Under the pieces are notes generated by a model that was given only the letters and a program-made list of their open reading frames with translations, was not told the DNA's origin and ran no database searches. From Hyphomicrobiales bacterium (GTDB lineage: Bacteria > Pseudomonadota > Alphaproteobacteria > Rhizobiales > MH13), in NCBI GenBank assembly GCA_046290645.1, contig JBKAGZ010000004.1, positions 196,327 to 260,326 of the forward strand: a stretch of 64,000 nt of DNA, written 5' to 3'. Positions 17,388 through 25,781 of the stretch are shown here, piece by piece; the stretch's first letter is position 1, and each line of letters starts with the position of its first letter. The translations under genes were made by a program, and so were the position numbers.

Positions 17388-18449
17388 TTACAGCGCGCCG
17401 TCAGCTGCCATCTGCATGTAGGTGGTGTCAAAGCGCAGCTGCACATTGTCAGGGTCACCAAAGATCGACCCGTCGGGGAAGCTCACACCGACGAACTCCG
17501 GTGATGGTGCACCTTCACCAAGAATACCGTTGTCAAACAGGAATTCAGCAACGAATTGCATCGTTGTTGAAAGCTCAGGCGCGCTTGTGAAGGCCACCGC
17601 ATCGGCAGGATCATAAAACATGGTGGTTGTATCAAGCTGGGCCTGATAGCCAGCCAAATCGGTGCCTGATGCGGATGCCAGCGCATCAAGCACATCCGTA
17701 TCACCTGCCGCCATAAGATCCATCATCTCGTACCAAGCGCCAACCAGCGCCTTGCCAAAGTCTGGATTGGCCGCAAGCGTGTCGGTGTTGACCATCATGA
17801 CGTCAATGATTTCGCCGGGGATGTTCGAGGAATCAAAAACCTGCGTGGAACCGGGCATGGCAGTGATTTCCGACAGGAGTGGGTTCCACGTCACAACCGA
17901 AGTAACATCGTCGGTGGCATAGGCCGCGATCATGTCAGCGTCCGATGTGTTGACGACGGTTAGGTCACGTTCGCTCAAACCAACGCCATCAAGCGCACGG
18001 GCCAGCAGATAGTGTGAGACCGACAGTTCGACGAGATTGACGTTTTGACCGGCGAGATCGTCAACGCTGTCACCATCTTTCAAGACAATACCATCATTGC
18101 CGTTTGAGAAATCACCGACGATCAGTGCTGTTGTGTCGACCCCACCGCCAGCGGGAATGGAAAGTGCGTCCATGTTCGTCATGGAACAGCCGTCGAATGC
18201 ACCGGCCGTGTATTGGTTGATAGATTCCACATAGTCGTTGATCTGAACGATCTCGACGTCAATGCCGTATTTGTCGGCCCATTTATCCATGATGCCGGAT
18301 GTTTGTAGGTAGCCCCATGGCATCCAACCCACATAGATCGACCAGCAAACGGAGAACTCGGTCCGTTCCTGCGCCGATGCCGCTTGGGGAGCGCCCAGCG
18401 TCAGCAGTGTTGCAGACACCAGTGCCGCGGTTTTGATTGTCTTGATCAT
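17388..18449 (-). CDS. ABC transporter substrate-binding protein (NMT1/NitT/TauT-like), candidate guanidine-binding
   Basis: Signal peptide ALVSATLLTLGAPQAASAQE. AAAGAGG Shine-Dalgarno lies upstream. First gene downstream of the guanidine-I riboswitch. Confidence 0.85.
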   Translation of the reverse strand: MIKTIKTAALVSATLLTLGAPQAASAQERTEFSVCWSIYVGWMPWGYLQTSGIMDKWADKYGIDVEIVQINDYVESINQYTAGAFDGCSMTNMDALSIPAGGGVDTTALIVGDFSNGNDGIVLKDGDSVDDLAGQNVNLVELSVSHYLLARALDGVGLSERDLTVVNTSDADMIAAYATDDVTSVVTWNPLLSEITAMPGSTQVFDSSNIPGEIIDVMMVNTDTLAANPDFGKALVGAWYEMMDLMAAGDTDVLDALASASGTDLAGYQAQLDTTTMFYDPADAVAFTSAPELSTTMQFVAEFLFDNGILGEGAPSPEFVGVSFPDGSIFGDPDNVQLRFDTTYMQMAADGAL

Positions 18450-18553
18450 TGATACGCGCCTCTTTGCTCATTCGGCGATGTGATCGCCATGGTGAAAAGA
18501 GGTTTGAGCACGCATACCGGGAGAAGGTTCGCGCGCGCAAACCAGTGCAGTTA

Positions 18554-18655
18554 TCTCCCGGGATTTTGTCCCGCCGTGTTCACCGACCTGATCGCCGGTT
18601 GGCATCTCTCGGACCTGCATCATTTGCTAATATCAAATGATCGGAACCCTAGACG
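18554..18655 (-). promoter_or_regulatory. guanidine-I (ykkC) riboswitch aptamer
   Basis: Minus-strand RNA: GUCUAGGGUUCCGAUCAUUUGAUAUUAGCAAAUGAUGCAGGUCCGAGAGAUGCCAACCGGCGAUCAGGUCGGUGAACACGGCGGGACAAAAUCCCGGGAGAUAAC. It contains the three hallmark blocks CUAGGGUUCCG, GGUCCGAGAG and ACACGGCGGGA..AAA..CCCGGGAGA, plus a perfect 8-bp hairpin AUCAUUUG/CAAAUGAU. Confidence 0.9.
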
Positions 18656-18678
18656 CCCGCTGCACATACGCCTTGCTA

Positions 18679-18694
18679 TTCAACATTCGTGCCA
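18679..18694 (-). promoter_or_regulatory. candidate sigma-54 (-24/-12) promoter TGGCACGAATGTTGAA
   Basis: Minus-strand TGGCACG-N4-TTGA lies ~27 nt upstream of the riboswitch CUAGGG block. It matches the TGGCACG-N4-TTGC consensus except for the last base of the -12 element. Confidence 0.3.
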
Positions 18695-19583
18695 GTTGAC
18701 CAGAAGCCCGCCTGGACCGGACCTTGGACTTGATAGAGTTTGGTATAGGCGGCTTTGGCGCCTCTCTTTTGGGCGTTTGTGCAGGCATGCCCTTTTATTA
18801 TGCAATCCATGTAAAGCGCATCGCCGGGCTTTGGGCGCCCATCAGGTGGACCCAAGTGATAGGTCAGAACTGCCGGTGTGCGTGCATGATGTGATTGCAG
18901 CAACGCATTGGAGACGTTGGCCCACTCATGCGCGGTTGGCGCAGCCAGCCGCATGACCAATGCCTGTAACCATTCAGTACGATGAGGTCCGGTCGTCGGA
19001 AGGTCGCAAGAGCCAGCCGTTTCTCCGGCTGATTTGCCAGAGCCGGACTCGTGCAGCGAAAGCCATTACTTCTTATACAACAATTTGGAAAACATGAGGG
19101 GCTCGCCGCCACCGCTATAAGCGGTTTCTGTTTCAATCCGTAGATCGAAACGAGTTCATAATGCCACGGCCATGCGCGGTTGATTCACCGAAAGAGTATT
19201 TGGGGGTCAAACGCACCCCGATTGATCGTTGAGCCCCGCTGCCCACGCCTTAGGTTTCGACTGCAGAACCTACTTGGCAAATCCAGGCAGCGCTGCAGAA
19301 CAGGACCGGGTTGGGCGAAAAGCAGACCTTGACAGCGGCGCAACCTCATTTCCTGGAAAATCTGTATATCAGCTCTAAGCGGCATGCTGCAGCAGAGGCC
19401 TCATCCAGGTGGGGAACGGTCATCCAGTTTTTGTTTTTGCCAGAGCCAAAAAAGCTAAAAGGCCAGTCGCCCGAACAAGCCTGTTTCTGGCTATGCCAAC
19501 TGCGGCAGTCCGACCATGATCATCATTGAACTGTAAGCAAATCGTCATGGCCATGTCATGGAAACGCTCCACTGATAGCAGCG

Positions 19584-19599
19584 ATGTACACGTGTACAT
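19584..19599. promoter_or_regulatory. perfect 16-bp palindrome ATGTACACGTGTACAT, candidate LacI-family operator
   Basis: Lies 40 nt upstream of the SBP start (19640) of the operon that ends with a LacI regulator gene. Confidence 0.5.
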
Positions 19600-19639
19600 A
19601 TCCATTTTTCCTAGCTTTCACGCATCATTGGGGAATGCC

Positions 19640-20992
19640 ATGACCATCACTCGCACCTTCACCTGCTTTTCACTTGCAGCGGGCCTTTTGGCCAGCACCG
19701 CCGTGGCCGCTTACGCCGAAGATTACACGTTCCGTGTCTGGGCCGGCGGCTCAGGTCCGGTTGACGATTACCGCACGATCGCCATTGAAATGGCTGCTGA
19801 CATCCTTGAGCGCGAGGCTGCTATTCGTGGCGAAGAGCTCACCATCACCATTGAAGGTCGCACCACTTTCGATGGATGGGACGATTTCAAGCAGGCCATC
19901 ACCTTAGCGTCTGAAGCAGGCGATGCGCCGGAAATCGTTGTCACCTCGCACACCGATATCGCGCCCTGGTCACAAGCTGGCATTATTGTTCCGGTTGAAG
20001 ACTATGTGAATCTTGATGCCTGGCCACTCAACGACATCTTCCCCAACCTCATGGACATCGGCTCATTTGGTGGCACCGTCTGGGGTATCCCGCAAGACTC
20101 TGAAAGCCGCCCCTTCTTCTTCTGGAAGGAGCATATGCGCGCCATCGGTTACACCGATGATCAGATTGATGCGCTACCCGCCATGGTTCAAAGCGGTGAA
20201 TACACGCTGCAGAACGTGTTGGCAGACGCCGTCGCCATGCAAGAGGCTGGAGTGGTTGAACCCGGTTACGGCTTCTACCCACGCGTTTCCAACGGCCCGG
20301 ATTATTGGCAGTTTTATCTCTCGTTCGGAGGTACGATCGAGGAAGATGGCCAACTGGTCTTTGACCGGGACTCCATGCAGGATTTCTACCAGTTCTTCGC
20401 TGATGCTGTGGATGCCGGGATCACGCGGCAAAACCACATCGGCACCCCATGGGACCAGTGGTACGCTGAAGTCGCCTCCGGTCGCGCCGGCATGTGGCAT
20501 GGCGGCACTTGGCACTATGCGCGCTACACTGGTCGCGAGGGCTTGGAAGACTTTTTCAACACCATCCAGTTCACGTTGATTCCAGCTGGTGATGAGAATG
20601 GTGCTGCCAACACAATCACCCATCCGCTGATGTATCTGATCACCGATCAGGGTGATGAGGACAAGCACCAGATTGCTGCTGAACTGGTGACCATCGCATC
20701 AGAGCCGCGCATCAACACACTGCATGCGATCCGTTCCGCTCACCTGTCGATTGCTGAATCACAATCTGACATTGATCTGTTCGCCAATGATCGTTGGGCA
20801 TCGCAAGCGACCGAGCGTTTGCTCCCCTATGCGTCCGCACAGCCAAACAACACCGACTTCGGTGCCTACATTGACGTGATGTGGTCAAACCTTGAAGCGA
20901 CCTGGACCGGTCGCAAAAGCGCTGAGGAAGCCGTTGCTGACGCTGAGGCCGAACTCATCGCCACTTTGGGCGATGCCATCAGCATCCGCTGA
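19640..20992 (+). CDS. ABC transporter substrate-binding protein (family 1, sugar/glycerophosphodiester type)
   Basis: ATG 19640 gives signal peptide MTITRTFTCFSLAAGLLASTAVAAYAE. The ORF-track start 19526 adds an implausible N-terminus. Confidence 0.85.
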   Translation: MTITRTFTCFSLAAGLLASTAVAAYAEDYTFRVWAGGSGPVDDYRTIAIEMAADILEREAAIRGEELTITIEGRTTFDGWDDFKQAITLASEAGDAPEIVVTSHTDIAPWSQAGIIVPVEDYVNLDAWPLNDIFPNLMDIGSFGGTVWGIPQDSESRPFFFWKEHMRAIGYTDDQIDALPAMVQSGEYTLQNVLADAVAMQEAGVVEPGYGFYPRVSNGPDYWQFYLSFGGTIEEDGQLVFDRDSMQDFYQFFADAVDAGITRQNHIGTPWDQWYAEVASGRAGMWHGGTWHYARYTGREGLEDFFNTIQFTLIPAGDENGAANTITHPLMYLITDQGDEDKHQIAAELVTIASEPRINTLHAIRSAHLSIAESQSDIDLFANDRWASQATERLLPYASAQPNNTDFGAYIDVMWSNLEATWTGRKSAEEAVADAEAELIATLGDAISIR

Positions 20993-21002
20993 TCTCCCTC
21001 GT

Positions 21003-21030
21003 CGGGGCGGCTCGAAAGCAAGCCGCCCCG
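21003..21030 (+). other. intercistronic GC-rich hairpin after SBP gene (10-bp perfect stem, no U-run)
   Basis: CGGGGCGGCT-cgaaagca-AGCCGCCCCG, 10 nt after the SBP stop. Confidence 0.5.
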
Positions 21031-21066
21031 GCACTCCTTAGTGTTCGGTTGGATCGGTCCATCACT

Positions 21067-22374
21067 ATGACGTCACGCCAGCTCGGTTTTTTGTTCCTAG
21101 CCCCAGCGACAGCGTTCGTTATTGTTCTCTTTCTTGTACCTGTCGTGCTTACGGCCGTGTTCGCGTTTACCAATATGTCGACGGCCACCGGCATTACCGG
21201 CGGAGCGTGGCAAGTGAACCCGGGTGCTATGCGGCGGCTTGCTCTTGAGCATGAAGAACCGCAGCTTGCCGAGGCACTTCAAGTCCAAGTCTTTGCAGTT
21301 GACGATCTTGGATTGGAGCGATTGGTCCAAGACGGCCAGTCACAAGCTCTTATCAGCGAGATCGACGCAGAACTTTTTGGGCAGAGCTTTGACTCGCGCC
21401 GCGAGATCGCCCGTGCTTTGCGCGCCTTGGAGAACCGGCCCCGCTCGACTCGTGACATCAATGCGCTTGCCTCCATCTTTGAACGCTCTTTGGTCGGCAA
21501 CCGCTATGAGAGCGAGCAAGCGCTGTTCGAGGCCATCGCCATCAGCGGATTTGATCTGGACACTGATCAGCAACAGGCTGTCGCTGCAGCAACCTGGACG
21601 GGTTGGAATTGGACCACCGAAAACTTCAAGCGCATGGTCAGCCTGCCCGACACCCGCACGATCCTTCTCAACACTGTATTTTACGTCTTCACGACGCTTA
21701 TCATCTTCAACACCTTCTTCGCGCTCGTTCTTGCGATCACCACCCACTACATGCCCGAGCGCGCTGCGGGGGTTTTCCGCTCCATGTGGCTTTTGCCGCG
21801 CGTCTTACCGCCGGTTCTGTATGTCCTGATGTGGAAATGGTTGGCGTGGGACACGGGTTTCCTATCATCCCTGTTTGGCTATTTCGGCGTCGCACCGCGC
21901 AACTGGATGCTGCATGACGCACCGAGCGCGTGGACCTTCGTCATCATGATCAACGGCGTGATCGGTGCCTCGATGGGCATGCTGATTTTCGCCTCAGCCA
22001 TTAAGGCTATTCCACAACCAATTTTCTACGCCTCCGAAGTCGATGGCGCCTCACGTTGGCAGCAGATCCGCCACATCATATTGCCGCAGCTTAAATGGCC
22101 AATCCTGTTCATCACAACCTATCAGTCGCTGTCGCTGCTGACCTCATTTCAGGAAATTTTGCTCGCGACTGATGGGGGCCCGGGGGGTGCGACGGAGGTA
22201 TGGGCTTTGCATGCCTACCACACCGCACTTTCCAACTATGCTGGCAACCTTTCCTACGGTTATGGCGCCGCCCTGGCTCTTGTTTTGGTGGTGATCGGGG
22301 TGGTCTTGTCCCTCGCCTACCTCTTCTTTTTTGATTTCAAAACGCTGGTGCGACCGCCCAGAATTGAACGTTGA
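21067..22374 (+). CDS. ABC sugar-type permease (MalF-like, with ~160-aa periplasmic insertion)
   Basis: ATG 21067 (MTSRQLGFLFLAPATAFV); position 21049 is a TTG. A long hydrophilic segment lies between TM1 and TM2, and an EAA-type region sits in the C-terminal half. Confidence 0.85.
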   Translation: MTSRQLGFLFLAPATAFVIVLFLVPVVLTAVFAFTNMSTATGITGGAWQVNPGAMRRLALEHEEPQLAEALQVQVFAVDDLGLERLVQDGQSQALISEIDAELFGQSFDSRREIARALRALENRPRSTRDINALASIFERSLVGNRYESEQALFEAIAISGFDLDTDQQQAVAAATWTGWNWTTENFKRMVSLPDTRTILLNTVFYVFTTLIIFNTFFALVLAITTHYMPERAAGVFRSMWLLPRVLPPVLYVLMWKWLAWDTGFLSSLFGYFGVAPRNWMLHDAPSAWTFVIMINGVIGASMGMLIFASAIKAIPQPIFYASEVDGASRWQQIRHIILPQLKWPILFITTYQSLSLLTSFQEILLATDGGPGGATEVWALHAYHTALSNYAGNLSYGYGAALALVLVVIGVVLSLAYLFFFDFKTLVRPPRIER

Positions 22375-22384
22375 GGAGGATGCG

Positions 22385-23227
22385 ATGAGCCAGAACAGCG
22401 CCCCGTCACGCAACTACAACCCTTGGCCGATGATGATCCTGCTGGGCATCCTCACAGGGCCTTTGGCGCTGATGTATGTGTATCTGTTCGTTGACACAGT
22501 CACGAACACCGAGGCTGGATCGCTCATTCCTTCAGAGTTTACTCTGGAACATTGGCGGTTTCTGCACACCGATATTGAAGGGCGGGCCAACATTTGGGCT
22601 GTCACACTCAACACACTTGTTTTCGCCGTCTCACACACTGCTGTCGTGCTCTCAATCTCAATGACGGCTGGCTACGCGCTCTCCCGGCTTAATGTGCCAT
22701 TTCGTGGTTTCTTTCTGGCTGGGGTGATGGTCCTGCATGCCTTCCCAACCGTCACCTTGTTGATCGCCATCTTTCTGGTTCTGCAATTCCTCGGCCTCTA
22801 CAACACACTTGGCGGCGTAATCTTGGTGAAGGCCGCGCTGCTTCTGCCTTTCGGCATTTGGATCATGAAGGGGTTCTACGACACCGTACCCTGGGAGATC
22901 GAGATGGCGGGCATCCAAGATGGCGCCAGCCGCTTCACCGTCTGGCGACTTCTCGTGCTGCCACAGGTCCAGCCGGCGCTCTTTGCGCTCGGCTTGTTCG
23001 CGTTTCTCGATGGATGGTCCGAATACATCCTACCCCAGGTATTGGCGCCTGGTCAGGAGGTGCAGGTGCTGTCGGTTTATCTGGCAGGTCTGATCGCCGA
23101 TGATGCCAATTTTGACATGAACCTCTTCAAATCGGTTGGCGTCTTCTACGTTGTCCCGGTCCTGGTTCTGTTCGCTTTGTTCCAAAAACGACTCTTGAGC
23201 ATGTATGGCGGAGGCACGAAGGGCTAA
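22385..23227 (+). CDS. ABC sugar-type permease (MalG-like)
   Basis: ATG 22385 is preceded by GAGGAGGA at 4-nt spacing. Polytopic membrane protein. Confidence 0.9.
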   Translation: MSQNSAPSRNYNPWPMMILLGILTGPLALMYVYLFVDTVTNTEAGSLIPSEFTLEHWRFLHTDIEGRANIWAVTLNTLVFAVSHTAVVLSISMTAGYALSRLNVPFRGFFLAGVMVLHAFPTVTLLIAIFLVLQFLGLYNTLGGVILVKAALLLPFGIWIMKGFYDTVPWEIEMAGIQDGASRFTVWRLLVLPQVQPALFALGLFAFLDGWSEYILPQVLAPGQEVQVLSVYLAGLIADDANFDMNLFKSVGVFYVVPVLVLFALFQKRLLSMYGGGTKG

Positions 23228-24273
23228 TGGACATCAGACTTGAAAATTTCACCAAGCGCTTTGGACCCATCACGGTTATCCAGGACATGAACCTTGAAAT
23301 CCATGATGGCGAGATGCTGGCATTGCTCGGCCCATCAGGATGCGGCAAATCAACCACTCTGTTCGCCGTTTGCGGTATCCATCGCATTGATGGCGGACGA
23401 CTGTATTTCGGGCAGGACGATGTAACCGATACGCCCAGTCAGCAGCGCGCGGTTGGCGTCGTCTTCCAATCCTACGCGCTTTATCCGCACATGACCGTGG
23501 CGGAGAATATCGGCTTTCCTTTGCGGGTCCGCGGCGATGATACGGCGAGCCGCAAACGGGCCATCGCAGAAATGGCCGAGCTTGTGCAAATCACGCCCTA
23601 TCTGAAACGGCGGCCTGCTGAGTTATCCGGCGGTCAGCAACAAAGGGTGGCGCTGGCGCGTGCGCTCATTCGCCGGCCGGATGTGCTTCTGCTCGATGAA
23701 CCGCTGGCCAATCTGGATGCCAAGTTACGGCTTGAAATGCGTTCGGAGATACGCCGCATTCAGCGTGAAACAGGTATCACCGCAATTCTGGTGACCCATG
23801 ATCAGGTGGAAGCCATGTCGATGTGCGACCGTATTGCGATCATGGAAGAGGGCAAGATTGTCCAGATCGCCGCGCCGATGGATATGTACAACGAGCCTGC
23901 GTCCGATTTTGTCGCTGGCTTTTTGGGCAACCCACCCATTTCGTTCTTGGATGGCCGCATCGAGCAAGGGGCGTTCGTGCACCAGCAGAGCGGTCTGCGG
24001 ATCCCGTCCAATGGTGCAGCAGATCAAGCCAACGTCCGCGCAGGCATTCGGCCAGAGCACGTCCAAGCCAATGCGGGTGTGCCTATCGAAGGCGAAATTA
24101 CCTTTTTTGAAGCCCATGGCCGTGAAACGCTGTACGAGCTTGCACTCGCCGGTGGAGGCGCTTTGCGGTCTATCCAAGCAAGCACCCCGGACAAGCAGAT
24201 TGGCGACCGCGTGAACTGGGGCATCGACCCCAATGCTGTCTTTCTGTTTTCAGAAAATGGCGCCCGCCTGTGA
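23227..24273 (+). CDS. ABC transporter ATP-binding protein (MalK/UgpC-like)
   Basis: GPSGCGKST, LSGGQQQRVALARAL, LLLDEPL, and a C-terminal regulatory-type domain. TAATG overlap with the upstream stop. Confidence 0.9.
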   Translation: MDIRLENFTKRFGPITVIQDMNLEIHDGEMLALLGPSGCGKSTTLFAVCGIHRIDGGRLYFGQDDVTDTPSQQRAVGVVFQSYALYPHMTVAENIGFPLRVRGDDTASRKRAIAEMAELVQITPYLKRRPAELSGGQQQRVALARALIRRPDVLLLDEPLANLDAKLRLEMRSEIRRIQRETGITAILVTHDQVEAMSMCDRIAIMEEGKIVQIAAPMDMYNEPASDFVAGFLGNPPISFLDGRIEQGAFVHQQSGLRIPSNGAADQANVRAGIRPEHVQANAGVPIEGEITFFEAHGRETLYELALAGGGALRSIQASTPDKQIGDRVNWGIDPNAVFLFSENGARL

Positions 24274-25772
24274 ACGGTGCCCGCGCCTTCCTTGAGCGGT
24301 TTGGCTGGACACAATGGTCAGATGAGGCGCTGCCAGTTGCGATTGCCCATCGTGGCGCAAGCGACCATGCACCGGAAAACACACTCAAAGCCTTTCGCAT
24401 TGCCCACGAGCTAGGCGCTGAAATGTGGGAACTTGATGTGCGCGTTGCCGCATGCGGGACCGTTGTGGTCAGCCACGATGCCAGCTTAGAGCGCGTAGCA
24501 GCAGATGCGCGAGCAATACGTGACACAACGGCTCAGGCCCTCAAAGAAACACGTCTACCTGACAGCGAGCAGATACCAACTCTATCAGATGTCATTGACC
24601 TTGCTGAGAATACGGCAACAGCACTCTACATTGAACTGAAAGACAAAAATAGCGGATCAGCCACGTGGCAACTCCTGAAGGAAAAGGGTTTCAAGCGGGC
24701 TGTCATCGGCGCGTTTGATGCCGATTGGATTGCAGACTTGCGCGATCAGGGCTGCGAATGGCCGCTTTCTGTTCTGGTACCAAATGGCGAAGACCCGCTT
24801 GCCTACACAGCATCTGCCAAACCCGACATCATTCATCTGTGTTGGGAGAAGGCTGCGCAGCAACCCGATACACTTCTGACCGATGACCTCATTGAAGCGA
24901 TTCACAGCACGGGCGCAGCCATCGTTACCTGGCATGAAGAGCGTTTTGACGTGGTGGAAGCACTTCGCACCAAACCGGTTCTCGGCACATGTTCCAACCG
25001 ACCTGAACTGTTAAAGCCAGCACAGCACACGCACTCCATCGCAACTGTGTGCCATCGTGGAGCCAATAGCTTTGCTCCGGAGAACACGCTGGAAGCCGCA
25101 CGCATCTGCTTTGACCAACGACTTGATTTCGTTGAGCTAGATGTGCGCGCCACCAAGGACGGGCACCTTGTGGTGATGCATGACGCAACGCTGGAACGTA
25201 CCACCAATGGCACCGGCTTGGTCACGGATTTCACCCTGGATGAAATACGATCCTTGGATGCAGGAAGTTGGTTTTCCGAAACGTTCGCGGGAACGCAGGT
25301 GCCAACACTGCGTGAAATGCTCTCCTTGGCTCATAACCATCCTTACGCTGGCGCTGGTATCTACATTGAGATCAAATATGCCAGCCCACGCCATGTGCTT
25401 GATGAAATCAGGGCTACGGGCATGCAGGATCACGTTTTCCTCTGGGGCGCTGACACTGACGCGCTGGAATGGTTGCGCGCTCAGTCTGACGATCTGCAAT
25501 TGATGGCGCCTTTCTGGCTTTATGGCTCGGTGGAGAAGGCGCATGAGCATTATCGCGCTCAAATCATAGAATTTGATGTGACCCGGGATGATCTAAGCCA
25601 GATCGAACGATGCAGATCTTTGGGTTTGAAATCGATGATCTACTCTCAAGCCCATGATTGGGATGAACTTGCTGGCTATCTCAAGTATAGACCCGACATG
25701 GTCAATTTAGACCGGCCAGATCGTTTCAAGCTTTTGACAGATTATGCTTGGCATGAACGCGAGCAGACATAG
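24270..25772 (+). CDS. tandem glycerophosphodiester phosphodiesterase (two GDPD domains)
   Basis: Two copies of the GDPD N-terminal motif: VAIAHRGASDHAPENTLKAF...ELDVR and ATVCHRGANSFAPENTLEA...ELDVRATKDGHLVVMHD. GTGA overlap with the ATPase stop. Confidence 0.85.
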   Translation: MNGARAFLERFGWTQWSDEALPVAIAHRGASDHAPENTLKAFRIAHELGAEMWELDVRVAACGTVVVSHDASLERVAADARAIRDTTAQALKETRLPDSEQIPTLSDVIDLAENTATALYIELKDKNSGSATWQLLKEKGFKRAVIGAFDADWIADLRDQGCEWPLSVLVPNGEDPLAYTASAKPDIIHLCWEKAAQQPDTLLTDDLIEAIHSTGAAIVTWHEERFDVVEALRTKPVLGTCSNRPELLKPAQHTHSIATVCHRGANSFAPENTLEAARICFDQRLDFVELDVRATKDGHLVVMHDATLERTTNGTGLVTDFTLDEIRSLDAGSWFSETFAGTQVPTLREMLSLAHNHPYAGAGIYIEIKYASPRHVLDEIRATGMQDHVFLWGADTDALEWLRAQSDDLQLMAPFWLYGSVEKAHEHYRAQIIEFDVTRDDLSQIERCRSLGLKSMIYSQAHDWDELAGYLKYRPDMVNLDRPDRFKLLTDYAWHEREQT

Positions 25773-25781
25773 GGGCGAAGC

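Noticed and set aside
18676-19136. Two frame-shifted minus-strand ORFs (94 and 90 aa), considered as a decayed cupin/2OG-dioxygenase-like pseudogene
   Set aside because: Only vague resemblance (…PGDALYMD…GHA…) with no clear facial-triad motif, so I cannot support a family assignment. The ~980-nt region between the riboswitch and the next operon stays unassigned.
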